Assembly: GCA_038866525.1 (NCBI GenBank)
Contig: JAWBZG010000001.1
Location: 1,285-65,284 of the forward strand
Source: Candidatus Bathyarchaeia archaeon
Lineage (GTDB): Archaea > Thermoproteota > Bathyarchaeia > Bathyarchaeales > DTEX01
Direction: 5' to 3'
Length of the DNA: 64,000 nucleotides
A program made the position numbers and the translations under genes. Below are positions 1-7,355 of the stretch, in pieces (the stretch's first letter is position 1; every line of letters begins with the position of its first letter). A model generated the notes under the pieces. That model had not been told where the DNA came from and searched no databases. It was given only the letters and a program-made list of their open reading frames with translations.

Positions 1-180
1 CAACAATTATAGTAACTATTTCTTTGGCTAACTTTATCATTCGCTCAACTAGCCACCGAGGAGCCTTACCATCATGAAGCGGCAGCTCGGTAAAACCTGT
101 CCTCCTCAACTATATCACTAGATGACAATAATTTTATCTGAAGAATATATTTGCGGGGCAAACTTAAATAATTATTAGTT

Positions 181-648
181 TCATTTCCTTAGGAGTTTTC
201 CCTCCCGATCTATTTCACCGCGTTTAATTCTCGTCGTCGATATTGGGACATTATCCTCTGCGGGAACCATTTCTATAGCTATTATCTCTAACGGTTTAAG
301 ACCATTCTTCACCCTTATAGCGTTTATCTCTCTAGCTCTGGGCTCCGTCTCCCTACTAACCGCGATAGCCTCTATCTCAGCGCTCGTCGCGGCGGGTCCA
401 TATGGATCAGATAATGGAATTATTTTTGCCCGCTCAGAAACGCCCAGTTCCCTAAGGAATTTCATGATCTCTTCAGCTCTACTCTCGTAAGGCGCGATCT
501 CATGATTTTTGCGCAGTTTTTTAGCAAACTCGTCTGTACAGAGCCCTATCCAGACATTTTCGCCATATTTAAATGCTGTTGTAAGCAAGGCTTTATGCCC
601 TTTATGGAGTTCATCGAATGTTCCGCCCACCGCAACGACTTTAAACAT
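181..648 (-). CDS. coaD: Phosphopantetheine adenylyltransferase, archaeal type (cytidylyltransferase fold)
   Basis: N-terminus VVAVGGTFDELHKGHKALL carries the (T/H)xGH nucleotidyltransferase motif. C-terminal ISTTRIKRGEID and a length of 155 aa are typical of archaeal PPAT. It overlaps the upstream membrane gene by 8 nt, so the two look co-transcribed. Confidence 0.85.
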   Translation of the reverse strand: MFKVVAVGGTFDELHKGHKALLTTAFKYGENVWIGLCTDEFAKKLRKNHEIAPYESRAEEIMKFLRELGVSERAKIIPLSDPYGPAATSAEIEAIAVSRETEPRAREINAIRVKNGLKPLEIIAIEMVPAEDNVPISTTRIKRGEIDREGKLLRK

Positions 649-1465
649 TATTTCCTTTCCCCGCTTCCTTTTTCTCTGGCGCCTGTGCAGGAGCCTTTAT
701 AGGGTTTAGTGATGGGAATGCCTGGAAGCAAACCCTTAGTATTGGTGGTCCAAGGACTATGAGGAAAGGTATTTCAGTCGCAAATGTCCACACTAACCAT
801 ATTAATGCTGCATAAAATGGTAGCTGAAAACCTCCTCCGACCGCCGGCGGCAAAATAAATATTTGACTATAAGCCCAAACAACGAAGCCTATTATTATGC
901 TCCCAACACCTAAACCAGTTATCGATGCTATGCCATAGCTTCTCCACTGAGGCCACAGATAACCTATAGCTATCATTAATATATAACTCGCTGCCAGAAG
1001 CCCCACAAACAGTATTGTGGCGTTAAGCGAGACGTAGATCAGGAGAATATATCCTAAGACTGGAAGAGCGGCTAGGAAGACTATGCTTGTTATGATTAAA
1101 GCTTTAGCCCAATCTACGCTCCTTCTAGAAATACATCCTATCAAGTAAAAGCCGATGAAGTTTGATGTAACCCCGGCTGAAAGGCTGAGTAATGGGTCTC
1201 CATGTATCGCCATATCGCTTAAAAATATTCCTATAGCTGCACCTAAACCACCAACAAACGGTCCAAAAAGAACAGCGAAAACGGCTGGTATGACGACAGA
1301 TGGCCAAAATCTAACTATCCCGACGCCCGGCGTAGTTATCGGCGCTAGGGAATAAATCATGTAGCCGACAGCCCCATAAAGGACGCCGCACACGGCACTT
1401 GCGACAACATTAATCGCCTTCATGGCGATCCGATCTCTCAGCATTTTGCGATGATGATATTCCAT
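641..1465 (-). CDS. Polytopic membrane protein, ECF-transporter S-component-like (possible vitamin/pantothenate uptake)
   Basis: Multiple hydrophobic helices. The N-terminal pattern (AINVVASAVCGVLYGAVG ... FWPSVVIPAVFAVLFGPFVGGLGAAIG) resembles ECF S-component/QueT-like carriers. The 3' end overlaps coaD. Confidence 0.5.
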   Translation of the reverse strand: MEYHHRKMLRDRIAMKAINVVASAVCGVLYGAVGYMIYSLAPITTPGVGIVRFWPSVVIPAVFAVLFGPFVGGLGAAIGIFLSDMAIHGDPLLSLSAGVTSNFIGFYLIGCISRRSVDWAKALIITSIVFLAALPVLGYILLIYVSLNATILFVGLLAASYILMIAIGYLWPQWRSYGIASITGLGVGSIIIGFVVWAYSQIFILPPAVGGGFQLPFYAALIWLVWTFATEIPFLIVLGPPILRVCFQAFPSLNPIKAPAQAPEKKEAGKGNNV

Positions 1466-1611
1466 TTATAGAGATAAGATTTTTGTATGAAGTGTTTAAA
1501 CATGTTCTAACCTAACAATCGGTCTAAACAGGGTTTAGAGGGGAGATCAGCCCAAAAGTTTTTATCTTTGGATTTTTAAGCAGGCAGATAGACTGCGTTC
1601 GAGGCTGAGCT

Positions 1612-2448
1612 ATGATAGTGGGTTTGGATGTAGGCGCTAGCTTCGCTAAAGCAATTCTCGTGGACGAGAACCTGAAGATTGTTGAGAAGCAGGTTTTGCC
1701 AGTGGAAGACCTGAAGACGGCAGCTTTAAGGACTCTGATATCTTTCATTGAGAGGATTAGCGGAGAACTTAAAAACAGTATAGAAGTTGTGGCGGCTTCA
1801 GGCGGCGGCTCGAGGTTTATTGGAGGGGAAGCCTATGGTTTGCCGGTTAAGCGGATAGATGAGATATCGGCTATAGGGTTGGGGGGTTTGCTGCTGGCTG
1901 GTAAAAGTGAGGGTTTAGTTGTCAGCGCTGGAACTGGGACAGCGATCGTTGCCGCGTATAATGGTGGAAGAATTGTCAAGCATATTGGTGGGACTGGTGT
2001 TGGCGGGGGTACAATAATAGGTCTTTCACGGAGGCTTCTAGGTTTATCTAGGTTTAAAGACCTGGAAAATATGGCTTTAAAAGGTGATGCCAGAAAAGTG
2101 GATTTAACTGTTAGCGATATAGTCGGTGGGCCAATAGGCATAGTTCCAGCCGATGCGACCGCCTCAAACTTAGGGAAATTGACATGTGAGTCTAGAGCCG
2201 AGGATATAGCTGCAGGAATTTTCAACATGGTTTCGCAGACAATCGGGGTTTTAGCGGCCATGGCTGCTAAAGCATGCAATCTAGAGGGTAGCATTATCCT
2301 CGTGGGTATGCTTCCGAAAAGCAAAATGATATCTGAGATAGTATGTGAAACCATTAGAATGTTTGGCGCGGAGGCAATCGTGCCCGACAACTGTGAGTAT
2401 GCGGGCGCGCTGGGAGCCGCTGCAATCGTCCAGCAATTGTCTAAATAA
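1612..2448 (+). CDS. coaW: Type II pantothenate kinase-like ASKHA ATPase
   Basis: Motifs VGLDVGASFAKA (phosphate 1), SAGTGTAIV, IGGTGVGGGTIIGL, VDLTVSDIVGG and ASNLGK follow the order recalled for the type II PanK/fumble family, with C-terminal EYAGALGAA. Transcribed divergently from the transporter-coaD pair. Confidence 0.6.
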   Translation: MIVGLDVGASFAKAILVDENLKIVEKQVLPVEDLKTAALRTLISFIERISGELKNSIEVVAASGGGSRFIGGEAYGLPVKRIDEISAIGLGGLLLAGKSEGLVVSAGTGTAIVAAYNGGRIVKHIGGTGVGGGTIIGLSRRLLGLSRFKDLENMALKGDARKVDLTVSDIVGGPIGIVPADATASNLGKLTCESRAEDIAAGIFNMVSQTIGVLAAMAAKACNLEGSIILVGMLPKSKMISEIVCETIRMFGAEAIVPDNCEYAGALGAAAIVQQLSK

Positions 2449-2483
2449 CCTTCGCTTCACCGGAGGGAAAGCTAGGAGTAAAG

Positions 2484-2490
2484 TTTAAAA
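2484..2490 (+). promoter_or_regulatory. Candidate TATA box for rpoH
   Basis: TTTAAAA preceded by a purine-rich stretch (aaag), about 55 nt upstream of the TTG start. GGAGG sits at 2531-2535, 9 nt before the start. Confidence 0.3.
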
Positions 2491-2544
2491 GTTCAGTTTA
2501 CACTGAATACTTCAATGCTTGATTAGAAATGGAGGATTCACCTT

Positions 2545-3087
2545 TTGTCCATTAACACGCTGCTTGAAAGGAAGACGCAGGTGCTTATTGAGCTAAGGAA
2601 CTATAAGGTTCTGGAGAAAGAGGAGACTAAAGATGGCGTGCTAACTATAGTTGAAGACGTTGAGGGGAAGAAGATACTCATCTGGACAACTTCAATAGCG
2701 GACGCCATTGGCGTTAAACATATTAATCAGATGACGAAATACATGAGCTCGAAAAATATTGAAAGCGGGATAATAGTTAGCGAAAAATACACACAGTCAG
2801 CTAAATCCTTAGCTCGAAAAAACAATATTGAGTTGATCCCGCAGGATTTCCCGTCATTTAACATATTCAAGCATTATCTAGTTCCAAAACATGAGGTTCT
2901 TTCACCAGAGGAGAGAAAGGCTGTCCTTGAGAAATATCGTGTTGAACCATATAAGCTGCCGCGTATAAAAACATCAGATCCAATTATAAGAGTTATTGGG
3001 GCTAAGCCCGGCGATATAGTGAAGATAACTAGGCGTAGCCCAACGGCCGGTGAAAGCGTCTATTACCGCTATGTAGTTGAAGGTTAA
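2545..3087 (+). CDS. rpoH: DNA-directed RNA polymerase subunit Rpo5/H with an N-terminal Rpb5-like extension
   Basis: The C-terminal roughly 70 aa ([69 protein letters not shown]) is the canonical RpoH/Rpb5 C-domain. The ORF is 180 aa, against about 80 aa for usual archaeal RpoH. Confidence 0.85.
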   Translation: MSINTLLERKTQVLIELRNYKVLEKEETKDGVLTIVEDVEGKKILIWTTSIADAIGVKHINQMTKYMSSKNIESGIIVSEKYTQSAKSLARKNNIELIPQDFPSFNIFKHYLVPKHEVLSPEERKAVLEKYRVEPYKLPRIKTSDPIIRVIGAKPGDIVKITRRSPTAGESVYYRYVVEG

Positions 3088-3192
3088 ATTACAGGTTTTA
3101 AAATTCTCTGAAAGGCCTTTTTTCTTCCTCTACCCAGCCCCTGCACTTTTACACGTCGAAGGTCATTTACCTAGTTAAAAAATAAGGGGAGG

Positions 3193-3600
3193 CTAAGGAT
3201 GTTGAGGGGGTCTAAAGAAGTATCTGGGCCATTGAGGCCATGTTGATGGTATATCTACATTGAAGTCGACTTCTAAGATCATGCCTAACTTTATGTCCTC
3301 AGGTTTTACTCCCTGAATTATCCCAGGCAGTCGAACCCCTTCCTCAAGCTCGATTATCCCGAATACATATGGAGCCAGATGCTGAAATCTCTCTGGAGCG
3401 ACATGAATAACCGTGTATGTGATAAGCTTGCCTTTGCCTTTCAGCTGGATCCAACTTAAGTTGGTTGAGAGGCAGTTTGGGCATAATGGTCTGGGCGGAA
3501 CAAGGATTTTTCCGCATTTATTGCATTTAACGCCCATAATCTTTCTCTCACCTATAAATTTGTAGAACTGCTCAACTGTGAATGGCGCGTCTTTACTCAT
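3193..3600 (-). CDS. DUF35 OB-fold/zinc-ribbon protein (thiolase/HMG-CoA synthase scaffold family)
   Basis: Zinc ribbon CNKCGKILVPPRPLCPNC followed by an OB-fold segment. It sits 4 nt downstream of the thiolase, which is the typical archaeal pairing. Confidence 0.8.
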   Translation of the reverse strand: MSKDAPFTVEQFYKFIGERKIMGVKCNKCGKILVPPRPLCPNCLSTNLSWIQLKGKGKLITYTVIHVAPERFQHLAPYVFGIIELEEGVRLPGIIQGVKPEDIKLGMILEVDFNVDIPSTWPQWPRYFFRPPQHP

Positions 3601-3604
3601 AGTT

Positions 3605-4867
3605 TCACCCCCTACGATAAATGTGAACTATACAGGTTGCCCCGCTTCCGCCTAGATTATGAGTTAAACCGATCTCGCAGCCATTCACCTGCCTCTTATC
3701 CGCTTGACCCGTCAGCTGCAAATAGATTTCGTATAGTTGGGCTACACCGGTAGCGCCGACGGGGTGACCCTTAGCCTTAAGTCCACCACTAGTGTTAACA
3801 GGCAGGGCACCGTCCAGCGTTGGCGCCCCATCCTCAATAAACTTTCCGCCCTCTCCAGGCTTACAGAAGCCTAGATCCTCATAGGCCATTATTTCAGCTA
3901 TTGTGAAGCAGTCATGGACCTCCGCGACATCGATGTCCTTTGGGCTTAAACCAGCCATATCGTAAGCTTCCTTAGCAGCTATTTTAGTGGATTTAAGGCT
4001 TGTTAAATCATCCCTCTCATACAGCCCTATAGCGTCCGTTCCATGCCCTGAGCCAATTATATAAACCGGTGTATCCGTGTATTTCCTAGCGACCTCCACA
4101 CTCGTCAAAATGGCGCAGCTAGCCCCATCTGAAATCAGGGAGCAGTCGAAGATCTTTAGTGGCTTGGCGATAACCCTTGAGCCTAAAACCTGCTCAACGG
4201 TTACCTCTCTCTGCATGTGAGCTTTAGGGTTTAATGCGCCATTATGGTGGTTTTTGACGGCGACGAGCGCCATTTGCTCCTCAGTCGTCCCATATTTATG
4301 CATGTGAGCAGTCGCCATAAGCGCGAAAAGCCCTGGGAAAGTTGCTCCATTCCACTGTTCAAATGGAAAATCTGAAGCCATCGCTAAATACTCCGTTGCC
4401 TCGGCAGTCGTCCTATTCGTCATCTTCTCAAAGCCGCCCACAATCACGACATCATATAGGCCGGAAAGTATTGCGAATAGCCCATGTCTTATCGCTGCGC
4501 CGGATGAAGCGCAGGCAACCTCAACCCTGGACGCTGGAACAGGCAGTATACCCGCCCAATCAGACATTATTGGGGCTAGGTGGCATTGATGCTCGAAGGA
4601 TTCGTTCATACTGCCCACTATAAGACCCTTAACATCCTTTTTTGGGTCAAGGTTTGGGCACCTTTCAAAAGCCTCCAGGACGGCTTCCGCAAACAGCTCT
4701 CTGCTGGAGAAACCATCCCTCTTACCGAATTTGGATAAGCCAGCTGAAACGACGGCGGCTAAAGGTTTACCCTTCAATTCACCCACACCCCAAGCTAGAA
4801 ATGGGGCAAAGTAAATGTTTAATGCTCTAGAAATATATATTGTTAGCGTAAATCTGCTCTTCAGCAC
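3605..4867 (-). CDS. Acetyl-CoA acetyltransferase (archaeal thiolase)
   Basis: Active-site region VEVACASSGAAI, plus C-terminal GHPVGATG and NLGGSGATC. The real start is probably the in-frame GTG at 4786, giving (M)GELKGKPLAAVVSAGLSKFGKR, because the first roughly 27 codons look non-native. Confidence 0.85.
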   Translation of the reverse strand: MLKSRFTLTIYISRALNIYFAPFLAWGVGELKGKPLAAVVSAGLSKFGKRDGFSSRELFAEAVLEAFERCPNLDPKKDVKGLIVGSMNESFEHQCHLAPIMSDWAGILPVPASRVEVACASSGAAIRHGLFAILSGLYDVVIVGGFEKMTNRTTAEATEYLAMASDFPFEQWNGATFPGLFALMATAHMHKYGTTEEQMALVAVKNHHNGALNPKAHMQREVTVEQVLGSRVIAKPLKIFDCSLISDGASCAILTSVEVARKYTDTPVYIIGSGHGTDAIGLYERDDLTSLKSTKIAAKEAYDMAGLSPKDIDVAEVHDCFTIAEIMAYEDLGFCKPGEGGKFIEDGAPTLDGALPVNTSGGLKAKGHPVGATGVAQLYEIYLQLTGQADKRQVNGCEIGLTHNLGGSGATCIVHIYRRG

Positions 4868-4895
4868 GCTGAGAATTTTGAAGTGAGGAGGACTG

Positions 4896-5456
4896 TTAGC
4901 GCCGCCTTCCGGCGCTTAATTTATTCTCCCTGAGCGCGTTTATGATCTCCTCAGATCTCCTTATGCCTAGCTGCGTTATCCTATATTCTCCTTCAGAAAC
5001 CTTTTCTACTAATCCGCCTTCAATAAGCTTTGGGATATCATTGCTAATGGTTTTCTTCGCTTTCCCAGTCGACTTTGACAGATCATTTATGGATAACGTG
5101 TCTTTCCGAAGCTTACCGATCTTATTGCCAATATATGCGCCTAGCAAAGCTAGGCAGATTGCGTTTTTAGCGGATAAATTAATCGCCGGGTTTACTATGG
5201 GAATTTCGTCAGTTATCTCCAGAATACCAACAACACTATTTATTATGCCCGCTAGGTTAGGTGTGTAGATTATTTTCTGAGCTGCCCCGATGGCTGGACA
5301 TATCTGCGATAAAAACCTCAATATGGATTCGAAGACTTGACCTGCTTCCCCCTCAAAATCCGCCTTTACTTCACCGTACTCTAAATGAACCTTAACTAGA
5401 TTCCTCTCACCCAACCCTATTCTTTTCCTCCAACCTAATCTTTGGCAATATCTCAT
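4896..5456 (-). CDS. Winged-helix protein, paralogue family member A2 (unknown function)
   Basis: C-terminal wHTH (LSINDLSKSTGKAKKTISNDIPKLIEGGLVEKVSEGEYRITQLG). The N-terminal segment VKVHLEYGEVKADFEGEAGQVFESILRFLSQ parallels the neighbouring gene. A likely TTG start at 5414 overlaps the upstream stop. Confidence 0.5.
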   Translation of the reverse strand: MRYCQRLGWRKRIGLGERNLVKVHLEYGEVKADFEGEAGQVFESILRFLSQICPAIGAAQKIIYTPNLAGIINSVVGILEITDEIPIVNPAINLSAKNAICLALLGAYIGNKIGKLRKDTLSINDLSKSTGKAKKTISNDIPKLIEGGLVEKVSEGEYRITQLGIRRSEEIINALRENKLSAGRRR

Positions 5457-5931
5457 CTAAAAAGTATTTTATTCCTAGAGTCGTCACCCTATACTCTCCG
5501 CGCCCAACCCTTTCCACCAACCCCATATCCGTTAGCTCGCTCAAGCGAGCCGCAACAGTGCCGCTTTTACCGCCAGTCAAAGCCATTATCTCAGATGTTG
5601 AAAGAGAGTCTTTCTCTAATCGGCTGGTTTTATAGCCAATATAAGCCTTAATAAGATTAAGCATAATTATATTTCTGTCTCCGCCTAGCTTTTCACGCGG
5701 GATAACCACCACTGGTCCCTCAGGTGTAAACGCTATTAAGTTTTTTACGCTTGCCAGAAGGCTCTCTAAATCTACTGTTAGAGTCAGCTGGGATGCAAGG
5801 TCATATGTCGGCAAAACCTTACTCATAAAGTTGAAGAGAGCCCTCATAACGTCATCTGGTTTTCCAGAGAACTTTACCTCAACATCCCTATACTTTATGG
5901 TTAGCTCCAAATTCTCATTTTCACCGCCCAT
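5407..5931 (-). CDS. Winged-helix protein, paralogue family member A1 (unknown function)
   Basis: N-terminal LELTIKYRDVEVKFSGKPDDVMRALFNFMSKVLP, a middle segment IIMLNLIKAYIGYK, and a wHTH (LSTSEIMALTGGKSGTVAARLSELTDMGLVERVGRGEYRVTTLG). Confidence 0.5.
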   Translation of the reverse strand: MGGENENLELTIKYRDVEVKFSGKPDDVMRALFNFMSKVLPTYDLASQLTLTVDLESLLASVKNLIAFTPEGPVVVIPREKLGGDRNIIMLNLIKAYIGYKTSRLEKDSLSTSEIMALTGGKSGTVAARLSELTDMGLVERVGRGEYRVTTLGIKYFLDEILPKIRLEEKNRVG

Positions 5932-6069
5932 GGTGATTCACGAACCCTTCAAAAATGCCTGATGTATCATTATTACTTTTTCTCCCTTCTTATTAAAAGA
6001 TTTTGTCGGTGGACAAAAATATATTGCTGAATCATAACTAACTTTATTTGGTCGATAGCTATTTAGGGG

Positions 6070-6816
6070 ATGGGAGCGTTGTCTAAGGTTCTTCCCAGAC
6101 GCTTGAGCTTCTCGAAAATATGCGATATCCTGGTAGCTTACTTAAATGCTGGGGCGGATAAGGAATATGTTGGCGTGAGCGAAGTAGCGGATAAGTCGAG
6201 CGTAACGCTGCATAATATTAGCCGTAACAATAGCTTCCTTAAGAGCTGGGGCTTCATAGAGGAGAGTGAAAAGGAGCAGGGCAAATATAGGCTGACTCGC
6301 GAGGCTGCGGAGTTTGCTTACGCTTACCGCATAGATCCCGACAGCGATTTAACCAAACAGCTGCTAAGAAGCATTCTATCTAAGGATGATTTTCTCCCAA
6401 AGTTTGTGGAGCGTATAAAAAACGAGAATATGAGTAGAGATGATGTGCTTGTGGAGCTGCCAAGGGTTATCGGCGACTTAAGGGCTGATAAAGTTGGTCT
6501 TAACGCTTTTCTCGACTTAATCGCCTACGCCTTTCAAATAGACTGGCTGTATACGCCTATAAAACCATCTCAGCCGAAAAAAGTTGCCGCGCCCGGAGAA
6601 GTCAAGATCGCCAGGCAGATTGCAAAGAAGGCTAGGGGGAAAATCTCAACACCTATCGGGATTGCTGCTGAACCCAGAGCGAACATATCGATAAATTTAA
6701 CCATAACCCCGGAAATAACGCCCAACATGTTAAAAGAGTACATTAAAGCTATGCTCAAAGCATATGACGAGTATTTCCAAGAGAAAACTGAAAATGAACC
6801 TAACGATTTTTCCTGA
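6070..6816 (+). CDS. Winged-helix domain protein (unknown function)
   Basis: N-terminal wHTH-like region (VGVSEVADKSSVTLHNISRNNSFLKSWGFIEESEKEQGKYRLT), then a helical region and a basic low-complexity tail. Confidence 0.45.
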   Translation: MGALSKVLPRRLSFSKICDILVAYLNAGADKEYVGVSEVADKSSVTLHNISRNNSFLKSWGFIEESEKEQGKYRLTREAAEFAYAYRIDPDSDLTKQLLRSILSKDDFLPKFVERIKNENMSRDDVLVELPRVIGDLRADKVGLNAFLDLIAYAFQIDWLYTPIKPSQPKKVAAPGEVKIARQIAKKARGKISTPIGIAAEPRANISINLTITPEITPNMLKEYIKAMLKAYDEYFQEKTENEPNDFS

Positions 6817-7288
6817 TCTTAGGAAGGACTTCCTCCTCGATCCAGCGCTCACCTTTTGGGCTTAAAGCCCATTCAGGCCTTCCCGGAGATGGTTTAAATA
6901 CTAAGCCACGCTTAGCCATCTCATTTATCCTGGAGGAAACCTGTAGATTTATTCCGGAGCGCTCTAAGAGACATCTAATGTTCGAAGGCTTATTACACCT
7001 GTTTTCTGAAAAGTATAAAATTAAAGCGATGGCTTCATACTGCGTGATCGCTTTAATATCATCTAGGACTAAAATTGGTCCATCCTCCGTGATCTTAACT
7101 ACATCGTTAAAATTTTTACCCCTATTCCGTGAGAACATAACTGAAACCATATGCTCAACTTCATTAACGAAATCCTCGGGGAGGGATCTCATAATTTCAA
7201 TTAACTCGTTGGCAGTAGAACCTTCAATCACTATCTTACCGAAAGATGTATTGATTTCAGCCCGAACCTTCCCCAATAAATAACCCAC
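6800..7288 (-). CDS. Winged-helix protein, paralogue family member A3 (unknown function)
   Basis: Same layout as A1 and A2: FGKIVIEGSTANELIEIMRSLPEDF, then DGPILVL, EAIALILYFSENR, and a wHTH (SNIRCLLERSGINLQVSSRINEMAKRGLVFK) ending EEEVLPKIRK, compare DEILPKIR in A1. Confidence 0.5.
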   Translation of the reverse strand: MGYLLGKVRAEINTSFGKIVIEGSTANELIEIMRSLPEDFVNEVEHMVSVMFSRNRGKNFNDVVKITEDGPILVLDDIKAITQYEAIALILYFSENRCNKPSNIRCLLERSGINLQVSSRINEMAKRGLVFKPSPGRPEWALSPKGERWIEEEVLPKIRKNR

Positions 7289-7355
7289 TTCCTTAAATTC
7301 ACTTTACTGTTTAAGGCTACATTTTAATCTGTCCCCGCAACCATAAAAACTTTAA

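Noticed and set aside
1-40. A possible minus-strand gene start (ATG at 40-38, reading MIKLAKEIVTIIV...) running off the left edge.
   Set aside because: Only 13 codons are visible, too little to support a call.
1833-2390. A 185-aa ORF antisense to the PanK-like gene. Similar long antisense ORFs occur at 38724-39230, 30132-30428, 51154-51555, 51655-51990, 4942-5268, 8578-8922, 35918-36256 and elsewhere.
   Set aside because: Each lies entirely inside a gene with strong family motifs on the other strand. Their translations are low-complexity (Ser/Pro/Leu-rich) with no recognisable motifs. They are shadow ORFs.
3193-4867. The thiolase/DUF35 pair lacks an adjacent HMG-CoA synthase gene.
   Set aside because: The three genes are often but not always contiguous in archaea. 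HMGCS is probably elsewhere in the genome, so this is not anomalous enough to flag.
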